A stretch of 63,572 nt of DNA, counting the filler, from Octopus bimaculoides (taxonomy: Eukaryota): the NCBI RefSeq assembly GCF_001194135.2. It is 5 parts of 5 records of this genome, joined end to end, with 100 filler letters (N's around TTAATTAATTAA, not from the genome) between each part and the next. Parts side by side here need not be neighbours in the genome. Positions count along the whole stretch, not along the records: positions 1 to 16,147 come from NC_068984.1; 4 more parts are not named here. One strand, written 5' to 3'. Position numbers and translations under genes: made by a program. The first letter of the stretch is position 1; each line of letters starts with the position of its first letter. The notes under the pieces are model-generated. The model made no database searches. It saw nothing but the letters and a program-made list of their open reading frames with translations, and was not told the origin of the DNA. This document shows positions 1 to 12,190 of the stretch, piece by piece.

Positions 1-73
1 TATATATATGTAACCTCATGGGCATCGGTGCCATTTTCCTCTTTCTCCGTTTTTCCATTCTCCAAACTTTCTG

Positions 74-110
74 TCTTTCCGACGAAGGGCTCCGCCCGAA
101 ACGTCGTACT
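74..110 (+). ncRNA. Minimal hammerhead-like motif, family B (Penelope-type 3' end), U4 mutated to C
   Basis: CCGACGA-A-GGGC-tcc-GCCC-GAAAC-GTC; homologous decayed copies at 23400-23426 and 55404-55436 (minus strand). Confidence 0.55.
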
Positions 111-307
111 CTCTCTCCTTCCTTTCCCGAGCATCCAATAACACTATCCGTATCACGTCCTCACTTTGTTGTTTTTTGTTATTGTTTTTTTGTGTTTTTT
201 GAACTTATATATATACATATATATATACACACACACATTCATATATCTATATACATACATACATATATATATATATCTGTGTGTGTGTGTGTGTGTGTAT
301 GTGTATA

Positions 308-1586
308 TCAGGTTGAGTAAAAAGTAAGCAACGTTTTGAACTATGACGAATTTGTACAGGATTTTCGCAGAGTTTTGAATTTTTTTAAACATTTTTTTGC
401 AATTGTCTTATAATACAGACATAGCCTTACCTAAATACATAAATAAATTAGGATTGATATTTTTTTCACCATTGTTACAATCATCTGAAATGGAACTCTC
501 AAAGTGTGATATTCGAACAATTTTGCTATTCAACTTCAAAAAAGACATAAAGCAACTGAAACTGCTTATGATATCAGTGAAACATTTGATGAGGAAATGA
601 CCAGTGAGTGCTCAGCTCAAAAATGCCTTAAACAATTTAGCAGTGGATACCTGAGCCTTGATGAGTGTGAGCATAGTGAGTGCCCATCTGTCATTGATGA
701 CAGTCAAATAAAGACCGTCATTCAGAAAGATCCACATAAAACCACTTGAGAACTGGCAAAAGAACTTCAAGTTAGCCAGAAAACAGCCTGCAACCATTTG
801 CATGTGATCAGAAAATCTAAAAAGCTCGACAAATGTGTACCACATGATGTGAAGGAAAATCAGAAAATCTGCAGATATGAAATTTGCACATTGCTTCTTC
901 TCCGTAACCAGGCCTATCCATGTCTCGACCGTATCATAACTTGCAATGAAAAGTGGATTCTGTACAATGATAAAACATTTTCTTCGCAGTGGCTGGACTA
1001 AAATGAAGCACCAGAAACCTCCTCTAATCCTGAGCTCTTCAAAAAAGGTTATGGTAGCTGTTTGGTGGTGTACTGCTGGAATCATTCACTATAGCTTCTT
1101 AAAACCCAGAGAAACCATTATTGCAGAAACATATTGCCATGAAATTGCCAAAATGAGCAAAAACTGCTACTTCTGTGTCCCAGACTGGTCAACAAAAGAG
1201 GATCAATCATTCTTCATAACAATGCTTGACCACATGTTTCACTAATGACGCTCCAGAAGTTGAGGGAACTTAGCTACGAAGTTCTTCCCCACCCAGCTTA
1301 TTCCCCAGACCTTTCTCCTACATACTACCATACTTTCAAGCACCTTGATGGTTTCCTGTGAGAGGAGTTCAAAAATCAAACCCAATACTGAAAGTACATA
1401 CAAAGAGTTCATCAGCTTGAGAACTCCAGATTTTTATGATACCAGAATAAATAAACTTGTAAGTCGTTGGCAAAAATGTGTTGACTGTAATGGTAATTAC
1501 TTTGATGAATAAAATTTCTGCATTGTTGAAATATATTGTGATGAATTTCATGTTTCAAAATACTACTTACATTTTACTCAGCCACA
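308..1586 (+). mobile_element. Full-length decayed mariner transposon (~1.28 kb)
   Basis: TA then TCAGGTTGAGTAAAAAGTAAGCAACGTTTTGAA at 308; imperfect inverted copy TTCAAAATACTACTTACATTTTACTCAGCC at ~1554-1583; transposase remnant between. Confidence 0.92.
490..1512 (+). pseudogene. Mariner transposase pseudogene (frameshifts, stops, catalytic D residues mutated)
   Basis: MELSKCDIRTILLFNFKK; RIITCNEKWILY (TCDEKW); VMVAVWWCTAGIIHY; HPAYSPDLSPTYYHTFKHL (YSPDLSPTDYH); RWQKCVDCNGNYFDE*. Confidence 0.92.
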
Positions 1587-1604
1587 CACATATATATATA
1601 TATA

Positions 1605-1942
1605 TCATCATCATCATTGTTGTCATTTAACGTCTGCTTTCCATGATGGCATGGGTTGGACGGTTTGATAGCGGGCTGGCAAGAGAGAAGGCTGCAGCAG
1701 GCTTCAATCCGATCTGGGAAGGTTTCTACTGCTGGATGCCCTTCCTAACGCCAACCACTCTGAGAGTGTAGTGGGTGCTTTTTACATGCCACCAGCATGA
1801 AGGCCAGTCAGGCGGTAGTGGCATTGACCACACTTGAATGGTGCTTTTTATGTGCCACCAGCATGGGAGCTAGCCAGGTGGCACTGACAATGACCACACT
1901 CAAATAGTGCTTTTTAAATGCCACCGGCACTGTCCTCAACCA
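1605..1942 (-). mobile_element. SINE family V (GGAAGGGCATCC core, (GAT)n tail)
   Basis: Homologous to 43726-44040, 52760-52955, 60880-61140, 61215-61422; core resembles the V-SINE domain as I recall it. Confidence 0.75.
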
Positions 1943-1943
1943 C

Positions 1944-2010
<67 letters not shown>

Positions 2011-2012
2011 GT

Positions 2013-2092
<80 letters not shown>
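1943..2092. repeat. Compound microsatellite (GATA)n-(TACA)n-(TA)n-(CA)n-(TA)n
   Basis: Read directly; representative of dozens of such tracts in the window. Confidence 0.95.
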
Positions 2093-2232
2093 CTGATAGA
2101 CTTCTTTCAGATTCCTTCTGCCAAATCCATTCACAAGGCTTTGGAACTTTGGTTAATGCAGACCTATCATAGAAAATACACTTGCTTAAGGTGCCATGCT
2201 GTGGTACTGAACTCAGGGCACAATGATCTCCG
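2093..2232 (-). mobile_element. SINE family A head/core, decayed
   Basis: Matches the reverse complement of 26330-26470 (GCCTTGTGAGTGGATTTGGTAGACGGAAACTGAAAGAAG). Confidence 0.7.
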
Positions 2233-3226
2233 ATAAAGATACAATTTAATATGTTGTCTGATGCTCTATCAGTTTTGCAAATTCACTTCCTTTTGTTTAT
2301 ATTATATATATATTAAATATAAAATATTGTTATCTAATACTAAATATCTCTTTCAGAATTCATAACATGATTTTAAATTGCATCCGTAAATGTATTCATC
2401 ATTGCTAATAATGCATTAGTTTTCAACTGTTTCCAAACATTGGAATTGTAAGTGATAGGAAGGAAAGAGAATGATAATTAGGATTATCATTATTATCGCT
2501 ATAAAAAGAGAGCCAATAGTTGTAGACTTTTTGGAATATTTCCAAGAGATCTCGATTGTGACTCAATGAGTCTATATATAAAATTCCAACAGTTAATAGC
2601 ATATTTGCATCACATACAAGATATTTTACACCTAAATGTTCTCTAGGCATGGATGTGAAACTGATACAGTACTTGGCATTGACCTTTTCTAACCAGAAGT
2701 AAAATCTAGATGATACTGGAAATTTGAGTCGGTGCCATGAGCTCTGACAGGGAATTGGTATTTGATAGCACGTCCAGATCAGGATAAAGAAATGCCAATA
2801 CTACCCATTTAATTTTACAAGTTATTTCACACTGTTTGAAAGAATGGCTGAAGTATGTATAACATACAGATATATAACAGAGAGAAATCAAAACTTCATT
2901 TGCCCTGGCAATTACTACAAAGTTCAAAGGAAGAGATTTTCACACAAGTTCACATTGAATTAATCTAAATTAAACTGATATATTCAGATACTGGCATGGC
3001 TGTGTGGTTAAGAAGTTTTCTTTCAAACCTCATGGTTTTGAGTTTGGTCCCTATTATGCAACAATGAACTTAACCAATCCAAACTGAAAATGAATCCATT
3101 TTATAAATGTGGATCTAGCCACCTTAATAATTTTAGAAATTTCACATTACCATTTTACAGAATCAGCCATTGATTCCTATGGTAGTTTCTACATATACTG
3201 GCAGGAGATCTCAGCTTACCTATCAG

Positions 3227-3300
3227 CAACGGAGTAGCATCGCTGATGAGGATTAATTCTATCTGAAATCGGCAAGTTGATATGGTGCTGCGGGAAGTTG
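3227..3300 (+). ncRNA. Full-length type I hammerhead ribozyme candidate
   Basis: Stem I GTAGCATCG/TGGTGCTGC (9 bp incl. 3 G-U) plus distal CAAC/GTTG; core CTGATGA 3243-3249; stem II GGAT/ATCT; GAAA 3265-3268; stem III ATCGG/TTGAT; AUA cleavage triplet 3280-3282. Confidence 0.8.
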
Positions 3301-3619
3301 TCTCTCTTGTCAGTAAATAGTATCATGCTTTATTTTTGGCTGAGAGTTCTCTGACACTTATTTTTGGCAATGCTGGTACAGACTTGCACCCTTAATCACT
3401 TTAGTGATGATTGAATTGTGCCCTTTTGGTTTTAAATTGCATCTAGCCACCTTGATGATTTTTTTTGCATATATATATATATATATATATATATTCACAG
3501 AATGGATTTTGTGGTTCCCTCTGTAATTTTTTTTTATTAACAACATGAAATATGGATTTCAAGTTTTGGCACAAGGCCAGCAATTTCTGGGTAAGTGATA
3601 AATCTATTTCTCATGTCTA

Positions 3620-4030
3620 CACACTTACTAGGCCCTGCCCCTTCACCTGATCTGTTCCTATCAAGCTTTCTCCACTTCTCATGCTCTCAAAACCCATCCA
3701 GTTATCACTCATCTATCAGTGGCACTAATCAGCTGCTGTTATCCTATCACAGCAGAAGCAGCACATATTACATTCTCTTCTTGCTGCTAGCCACCTTTCC
3801 CTCTCCCTAGAACCACTTCCTTTAACATTTATTCCTCAGTTTCTATATCGTCCCTTCCCACTTAGTTTTCCATTGATCAACTCCTTATGGGCCTCAAAGT
3901 ATCTTTCACTCTCCTCTGAATGGTATATGAGGACTGCCATACCTCATCTTACTCTCTCATATCAGCAATTGACAGCACCACCACCTTTGTCCCTCACTAC
4001 ATCTGTCTAAACTGCATCTTTGTCCCTACA
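3620..4030 (-). mobile_element. Highly decayed RTE-like LINE remnant
   Basis: Minus-strand DVVRDKGG...RYFEAHKELINGK resembles the RTE pre-RT region; weak. Confidence 0.3.
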
Positions 4031-4739
4031 CATTTTCTCTTTTCTTTTTACCATCCTCTTATCCTACACATTATCTCTCATATGGCTACAATTTCAAATA
4101 CTTCAGTTATTCAGTTCTGAACATAGAGAATCATGTGTGATCATGACTCTATTTGTATATACATCATACAACATTACAACGTAATCACTAGCTGCTGGCA
4201 AAGAACTTCCACTTGATGATCCATATATGACACTAGCTTGTCTGTAATGTTTTACTGCTACTGCAACAGTGATAAATGTTCTGGGTATTAATAACAAAAA
4301 CGATGAAATCTCTGAATCATGAATGAATGAATTTTAGCAATGTAAGATCTGGTTTAGTTCATCACTTTGTCCCTACCCAAAATAAATGGTTGTTGAAAGG
4401 GTTAGATTCTTAAACAGCATTAAAATTTTAGATTATATAAATCAGCTTATTTTCATGATTTTGATGAAATTATAACTAAAAGACAAAGTACAGAAGACAA
4501 AATTGAAGCATGACTCATATATGGCATGAAATGCTCTCAGTATCACGTGACAGTATTAGAATATCTTCATTCAGACGATGTCAAGGCTAATGCTTCTGTT
4601 GAATTTATTCATCTGATTGAAATGATTTCTCAATTTCAGATGATTGAGAAAAACAAACAAACAAGCAAAATAAATGGAGCAATGACCTTGGGGATATCAC
4701 TGAATCACATGTTTATGTAAACCTGTATAAATTTGATTG

Positions 4740-5760
4740 GAATTGTTGCTTTTAAGGATACAAGCATGTACAACAACAATGTCCTGCATTCAGTAAAATC
4801 TGTTTTTAGTGTCGAAAAAAGAATCATATTATGGCAGTAATCTATAAAAAAGAATAAGGAATCTGAAGACATTGTAAATGAGCATGCTGCAAAATATTTA
4901 TGAAATTGGCCTTAAAAAACTTTGATAATCAATGGGAAAAATCAATAATGCTAAATTTAAGATGCAAATTGACATTGGCAGTCAGGTAACTGTAATATCT
5001 CACAATTTCTAGATGGATTTAAATAAACTAAAATTGAGATAGTGTGATTTCAAACTAAAACAATTTGATGGATCATGCATTGAAATTTTGGAAAGATTTA
5101 ATGCATTAATGGAGACTGCTATGAGAACAGAAGGTGCAAATGTCATTGTTGCTAAATGAAAAACAAAAGCAAAAAAATATCATGGCTTATCATGTATGGA
5201 CGTGATGAATGTTGATAGTTCAATATTAATTCATGAAATTGAAGCTTCAGGACAATTTGGGAGATTAAGAGGTTTTAAGGCTAACATTCTTCTCAAAGGG
5301 AATATCAGCCCATGTTATTTTGAGGCAATACCATTGCCAATACACATTAAACAATTAGTCATAGCAAAGCTGAGGATGCTAATTAATGAAGGTCTTTCAG
5401 ATGAAGTTCTTTCCGGAGGAAGTAAATGAGCCTCTCCTTTAATAGTTGTTTGAAAGGTGAATGGAAATCTCAGAATATGTGGAGACTACAAAACAGCTTC
5501 CTATCTAATTCCAAGAATTGAATCGATATTACATTCCCTATCTGGCATGTATTATTTTGCTAAATTAGATTTCAAGGGGTCTTATCATCAAATAGAAATA
5601 CGTTCTGAAGCAAACAAATGTTGTATGATAGATACACAAATTATTCTTTTAAGATAGACATATCTTTCATACAGAATTTAAACAATCAATGCAATCTTTC
5701 AGAAAGCAATTGCACACATTGCTGAACATGACATTAATCATATTACTTTTTATGAAATTG
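4740..5760 (+). mobile_element. Ty3/Gypsy gag-pol remnant (zinc knuckle, protease, RT N-terminus)
   Basis: CPAFSKICF*CRKKNH..AV (gag knuckle); KMQIDIGSQVTVIS (protease DTG); ASPLIVV*KVNGNLRICGDYK; YFAKLDFKGSYHQIEI (RT); many stops. Confidence 0.88.
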
Positions 5761-5769
5761 ATGTGTATA

Positions 5770-5959
5770 TTAGATATGTACAGCTGTGTTGTAAGAAGAT
5801 TTTTTTCAAACCATGTCATTCCAGATTCTCTTCACTGCATGTGCCTAGAGCATGTGTCTTCTGCTATAGCTTCAGTCCATCCAAAGCCTTGGGAATGGAT
5901 TTGATAGACAGAAATTGAAAGAAGTCCATCATGTGTGTGTGTGTGTGCATGTGCGTGTG

Positions 5960-5999
<40 letters not shown>

Positions 6000-6195
6000 T
6001 GTGTGTGTTTGTCCTACCAGTGTTGCTGTGTTTATATCCCGTTATCTTAGTGGTTAGGCAAAAGAGGCCAAGAGAATAAGTATCGGGCTTTAAAAAAAGA
6101 AATAAGTTCTGGGGTTCATTTGTTTGACTAAAATTCTTCATAGTGGCACCCCAGTATGGCCAAAGTCTTTTGACTGAAAAACAAGTAAAAGATAA
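5770..6195 (+). mobile_element. SINE family A head + (TG)n + tail B
   Basis: Same head-microsatellite-tail layout as 38925-39415 and 54925-55295. Confidence 0.75.
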
Positions 6196-6357
6196 ATAAT
6201 ATACATCTATAAAGGTGCTAAAACTGTTGACTAATGTCAAGGTAAATAAGATCAAAGAAGAGGGGAGATTTTCAGGTTTCCTCATCAATTGAGACTGATG
6301 AATTATCTTTTACATATATGGATATATATGTATGTACATATATACATACATATATGG

Positions 6358-6388
<31 letters not shown>

Positions 6389-6689
6389 TGTACGTATGTA
6401 TGTATGTATATAAAGGATGTAAGCATGGTTGGGTGGTTAGAAAGTTTGCTTTGCAACTACAAAGCCTCAGAATTACCACAATAGTTTTAGTGTGGTGGGA
6501 AACTTATGAGTGAATCATATGCAAGGGAAGTTGATAATGGATTATATCAATCCCACTGTTTCAGTATTACTTTATTTTTCTTATATTCTAAAAGAGTGTA
6601 AAACTAATTTGAACTCAGAAACATAATAATCCTGTAAGGTTATTTTGTTGATGATCTACTGATCCTGCCTACCTATCCATCACTCCTCC

Positions 6690-6860
6690 TACTGAAGGAA
6701 TCATTATGAATCAAGTGTATGGCCTTCTGTTGGTTATCATCTACAATCTATGAGTGTGCATCTTCAATATTCCATATGTGTGAACAAGATTCCAATGTGG
6801 TTCTTAATTGCACTGATACATTTTCTTGTTCTGATGTGGAAATCTACTGCTTAAGATACA
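6690..6860 (-). mobile_element. CR1/Jockey-group LINE ORF2 C-terminal fragment
   Basis: VQLRTTLESCSHIWN...IVDDNQQKAIHLI resembles the conserved IRP.LEYCS.IW...LD.IQ.KAIRLI motif. Confidence 0.55.
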
Positions 6861-7319
6861 GATTTCACAGCATTGTGTATATCAGATGAACTAAATAGTT
6901 AAGCCAGAAAAAATAAAATTGTAAACATAATATTATATTTTGATCTGAAATTGTATTTGCTACATGTTACATATTATGCCTGCTAGTTTGTCTGAAACAT
7001 GTGGGACCGTTAAATGTGAGCATTGATGACTGTAGGGAAAACCATGGGAAAGTAGAAATTTCAGAAGGCTTACATTTTAAGAAGGAAGGAAGAACTGGGA
7101 GATGGGTATCGATTTGGGTCTGAAAAGAACCGAAATTAATGTGTCTAAAAATAAAAGGTATTAAGATGGTAACTGAAATGTTTGTTTTTAAACAAGGGAG
7201 AGTATAATTTTAGCATAGTTTTGAAATAAACTGAGTTAGGGGATTGAGAAGTGAAGTATATCCATTAAGGATATATAAGCATAGTTCTGTATCAATGTTG
7301 TTGTATAGCTCTGGCATAG

Positions 7320-7570
7320 TGGAGGCATGTGGATTAATGTTAGGGTATTGGACTCATGATCATAAAATTGTGGTCTTGATTCCTGAACCAGGCAACATGT
7401 TGTATTCTTGAGCAAAACACTTCATTTCACATTGCTCCAGTTCACTAAACTAACAAAAGTGAGTAATCCTGTAATGGACTGGCGTCCCATCCAGGTGGGG
7501 AATTTATATCCCATGGAAACTGGGAAAACCAACCTTTATGAGTTGACATGACTTGTATAGGTAACATTTT
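7320..7570 (+). mobile_element. tRNA-SINE family C (head+core, tail type 1)
   Basis: Decayed A/B boxes; core GTTGTATTCTTGAGCAAAACACTTCATTTCACATTGCTCCAGTTCACT shared with 16550 and 39905 copies. Confidence 0.7.
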
Positions 7571-9113
7571 TTACCTATAGCTCTAGCTCAGATTGGAATA
7601 GGTAAATAAAACGCATATCACCCATGTACATGCCACTTTGGTTTTAGACATAGTGTATCAAGGATTTAATTACCCAATGTATCTTTTCCTCTTTTTTGAA
7701 ATATTAGGGCATAATTTGAAGGTGATTTTGAGGTTAATTTTAGCAGGTAGATTTACCTGGTGGAAATTTCATCTCTGGTTTAATAGCTCTAAATTTAGTA
7801 GAAGTGATAGTATTGATAGATATTAGATTTTAATTCTAGCAGAAGGAAAGATTTTTAGGATTCTTTGATTTGAAATAACAGCATACAAATTTAATGAGAT
7901 AATGAACAGATTTTGTACTTTGAATGAAAGTCTTTTATATATCTTTGAATGTTATTCCATAAATGTAATTTTTCAAAACAGAAATTCTTCAATCAGGATT
8001 GGTAAATGAAAGTACGTTGATACTTTATTTGAATTGTATTAAATGTGAAAGGAAGTTTGAATGATTTAAAGCATGAAATGCTTACAGCTATTATTTAAAA
8101 GCATGGGAATTTTAAAGGCCTAATACTGACTATTATGCAGTAAGCAGTTTGTATTATAACAAGGTTTGATGTTAAGCAAGTGGTGTTAGAAAGACAATAA
8201 TTTGAAGAACTAATCAAAGCTGAACCAAGGATGGTTAGTGAAGATAACAGATTTCCAAAGTAATAAATCAAGTTCTGGAGCAATTGCTAGAACAGACAAA
8301 TATGTAGCTTAGAGAATCTAGCAGGCATAGTATGTAACATGTAGCAAATACTTAAACTTTTAAACTGCCTAAGTCAAGATGAATGGAGATGATGAGTAGA
8401 GCAGTTTTGTGAAAACCAAATGTTACAGTCAATGATTCGGAAACTCTTGCAGATGTCTTCAAAACAAGGATAACAGTATAAAATATTTTGAGATGTTTGC
8501 TGAAATAACTGATTAAAGGGTTTCAAAATCATGAAACTATGAAGAAGGAAAGAATTTTTAACAAAATCTTGAAGTGCTTATCCTTAATTTCATTGTAAAC
8601 CAATCAGGAAGGAACAGTAAATGGATATTATATAAGCACAGACAAAATATTGCATGCATTATCAAATGATGTAATTAAAAGAGTTGAACATAATAGAATT
8701 GAGAAAGTGACATATTTTCCAATTTTTAAATGGACGTGTACTTTGTACTTAAAGAGGAAATAGAAATTGTCTTAACAACTGGATTAATAGTTTAAAAAAC
8801 GAAATTGGTGGAATACAGAATTTGCACTAAAGCTGAACTTGAGTCTGTTTTTCAATCAGTATCCTTTTGTGTAAAGAATAAACAGATTTGTGAAAAGTTT
8901 AAAAGACAGAGTTTCTCTATCAAAAAATGTGCATTATTTCTCTAAATTTCCTGTGGCCATTTAAAAAATATTCTTCTGGTCATGATCAATATGCTGGAAT
9001 GAAATCATCTCTGTCGAATTTATTTGTACTTAGGAAATTAAAAGGAAATTTGGAGGTAATGTTACAGTGGCTTGCTGTATGATATGATATTACAGTTAAT
9101 GTGCAAAATTTAA

Positions 9114-9332
9114 CCCTTTAGCATTCAGATTACTCTGTCAAATGTGATGCTTATTTATTCAAATTGTTTTCCATTAATCATGTATTATCTCATAATTTCA
9201 AGATGTCAATGATGTGATTGCATATTTTTTGAATGACATTGTAAGGAGGTGCTAGAGCTCAAATGTGGCCCATTTGGACATAAAACAGGTAAAATATTTG
9301 GATCAGATATAGCCAGTTTGAATGATAAAGGG
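9114..9332 (+). mobile_element. piggyBac-like MITE (219 bp)
   Basis: TTAA flanks on both sides; TIRs CCCTTTAGCATTCA / TGAATGATAAAGGG (13/14); other copies at ~11730-11835, 29880-29999, 42438-42649, 54094-54579. Confidence 0.85.
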
Positions 9333-10179
9333 TTAAACATATTCCAGGAGCATTCAACTTGGCATATTGAAGAAGGGATTTAGGTTCCAAGAAAAATAAT
9401 TTACCTTGTTTCTTTCAGAAATAAAAATACATAAAAATCTGAAAGGCAAGTTGAAATTTATAAAAAAAAATTCAAATACTATGTGAAGATAAACAAATTG
9501 TTTGATTAAACTGTAAAAAGAAGAGAAATGATTTAGCAAGGAATTGTTTCAATTAAAAATATCAGAAAAAAATAGGTCATAAATTTTATATATAATTATA
9601 ATGGGAATCAAATAATTTCATAAGACATATAGAAATTAAAATATAGTACTGCATTTTCTAGTATATACAAACAGTAATGAACAGTAAATTGATATCAAGG
9701 GGGATAATATTATTTGGATTATTCTATAAAATCTTCAAGGATTTCATTATGAAATTGATAAAATTTAGATATTTCACACTGTAAATTTTTTTTAAAAAAG
9801 CAAGAAAATTAGGAAAGATTTCCATTAAAAGAAAGGATTTACTTTTCCTTTTAACATGTCTAATTTATTTTTACTGATAGAATTTCTTAAATTTGACAGC
9901 TTAATCAATTCTTTTAGATTAAAGACTAGAAATTTCTACATTACTATATCTTTTGTATAGTATATATTAATGTAACACTCTTATTAAAGATTGTGTTTTA
10001 TTGCTTTTGAGGAGTTGCAATAGGCATCAAAATGTATTTATTTTATTTCGTCAGTATCTTTAATTTTGACAAAATATTGGAAATTTTTGTAGAAAACAAA
10101 TAATTTCTTTATTAAGTTGGGATTTTATAAACTATCTTTGAATATATATATTGAAGATATATATGTGTATATACATTCG

Positions 10180-10213
<34 letters not shown>

Positions 10214-10417
10214 CATATATATATACATATNNNNNNNNNNNNNNNNNNNNNNNNNNNNNNNNNNNNNNNNNNNNNNNNNNNNNNNNNNNNNNNNNNNNNN
10301 NNNNNNNNNNNNNNNNNNNNNNNNNNNNNNNNNNNNNNNNNNNNNNNNNNNNNNNNNNNNNNNNNNNNNNNNNNNNNNNNNNNNNNNNNNNNNNNNNNNN
10401 NNNNNNNNNNNNNNNNN

Positions 10418-10452
<35 letters not shown>

Positions 10453-11057
10453 GAGAAAGAGAGAGAGACAGAGACAGACAGATATAGATATAGATATAAA
10501 TGTAGATATGTAAACGAAATTTCAATAAGAATAAGAATGAGAAGTACAGAAATACAATGTTTTCTAAGAATATCAATAAAATTAATTTGTAACAATTTAA
10601 GAATTACAAATAAAAATTCGAAAAACAATGCTACTCATAAATACTAGTGAAAAGTAATATTCATAGACGTGAAGATATGATAGAAACTAATTTACGTTGC
10701 TTAAATCAAGAAACATAGTTGTCATCATCATCATCACTATCATCATCACTAAATATTTTTGCTTCTCCTCTCCTTCCCTCTCTTCCTCTTCTTGCTTCTT
10801 CACCACCCCATCTTCAATGTCGTCATTGTCGTCGTCATCATCATCATCATCATCAACAGCAACAGCAATAGCAGCAGTTATAAGTATATCTACATGCTCA
10901 TTCACACATAATCACACGTTCATGCACACACATACATGTATGTATGCATGTATGTATATAGAACAGTATAAGGTAGAATTAATGAAATGTATATTCCAAA
11001 TAAAAGCACAGCTTCTATATTTCAAAGCTTTAGCTGTAGATGTTGCAAATCACATAT

Positions 11058-11246
11058 ATAAGGGGGTGCTGAAGGGTTCCTGGGTCTGAGTAAAAGAAAA
11101 TACAAGAGAATCTGTTAATTATGGTTTTATTCAACATATTCCCTTCTCAGTTTCCCACACTTATTATAGTAGTCCTTCAGATTTTCTGAGCTCTGTAAAA
11201 GAACTTAGAAGGCTAGGCTTCCAACCAGGCCTTTTGCAATGCCCTT
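11058..11246 (-). mobile_element. Mariner-derived MITE, partial
   Basis: Reverse-oriented homolog of the complete MITE at 57403-57619. Confidence 0.75.
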
Positions 11247-11329
11247 AACCCCGCCCCCTAACCCCACCTCCATTCACATTCTATTAAGTTAAACAGGAAA
11301 ACAACTAGGAATCTTCTTGCAGATCTGTT

Positions 11330-11520
11330 TTGGGCATGAGCATCTCCTGATGAGAGTTGTCATTGCTATTGTTTAGTACCAGGGTAAAGACCTCCTTCAG
11401 TCATAAATGACCATGGGATTACACCTAGAAAGTTACCCTCTGATGCACCAGCCTGGGTAAGGTTGCTTACGGAAGACCAGCAGCCATCCATTCATACCAT
11501 CCTTCCCTCCCCATGCCATG
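11330..11520 (-). mobile_element. SINE family C tail type 3 fragment
   Basis: CACCTAGAAAGTTACC...GGAAGACCAGCAG shared with 39905-40030. Confidence 0.65.
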
Positions 11521-12091
11521 TATGTATTAGTATGTATGGCAAGAAACAACTATGTTTTTTTCTTTAACATTTTACATAGTTCAACCTACACAAGTTAATG
11601 TGTGAAAAACAAAATAGGAATTTTGAAAGAAGTTACTATAAAACTAGCTTTTAAACATCTATGGAGGTCCACCAGAATAAAGTAATAATCAATAAATAAA
11701 AAATGGTTGAGAACCCCCAGGCTTAGTTTTTAGAATGTTAATGCAGAGTAGATGTTAAAGGTCACATCTGGTTAGTTTGAACATTAAAGATACAATATTT
11801 GGGCCAGATATGACCAGTTTAAATGATAAATGGCTAAGGCACTCTATGACTATCCTTTCTTTTTCTTCAAACACTCCACTCAGGACTCCATTATCTAACA
11901 TTTTTGTCCTTTTTTTATAAGATCGTAAGCTATGACTTGTGAAAGATTTGGCAACTACTACTAGCAGGCTGACTGACCATGTAGAGGAACCATATTCAAT
12001 TTCATTTATAAGAACTTAGAAAGTTAATGGAAATTAAAACAAAATGAATGGTTACAACTTTTGGAGTAATACCACAAATATTTAATCTAAT

Positions 12092-12190
12092 GCATTGGCA
12101 CAACATATACTAAAATTGGAATGATACAGAGAAGATTAGCATGACCCCTGTACAAGGATAGCATGCAAATTTGTGAATTGTTCCTTTTTT
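12092..12190 (+). pseudogene. U6: U6 snRNA pseudogene
   Basis: GCATTGGCACAACATATACTAAAATTGGAATGATACAGAGAAGATTAGCATGACCCCTGTACAAGGATAGCATGCAAATTTGTGAATTGTTCC; ACAGAGA box and AGC intact; CpGs decayed and ISL disrupted. Confidence 0.93.

Noticed and set aside
2423-2800. ~125-codon minus-strand open frame, and plus-strand micro-exons 2357-2385 / 2593-2698
   Set aside because: No recognisable homology, weak splice sites; cannot be separated from chance
3180-3330. Minus-strand exon ending AG|GTAAGC (3214-3221) as the explanation for the hammerhead region
   Set aside because: Peptides are unrecognisable and no partner exon gives a coherent frame; it would not explain the three base-paired stems, though overlap is not excluded
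3787-3797. Third CTAGCCACCTT, 344 nt after the second, as a further tandem unit
   Set aside because: Only 11 nt match, flanks do not align, and no second hammerhead lies in 3443-3786
7900-10100. AT-rich block as a decayed DNA-transposon ORF
   Set aside because: No motif could be read in any frame
11346-11380. CTGATGAG as a hammerhead core
   Set aside because: No downstream GAAA in register; lies in a SINE tail
12092-12190. Functional U6 gene
   Set aside because: Multiple substitutions in the ISL and 3' stem, CpG decay, no recognisable upstream promoter
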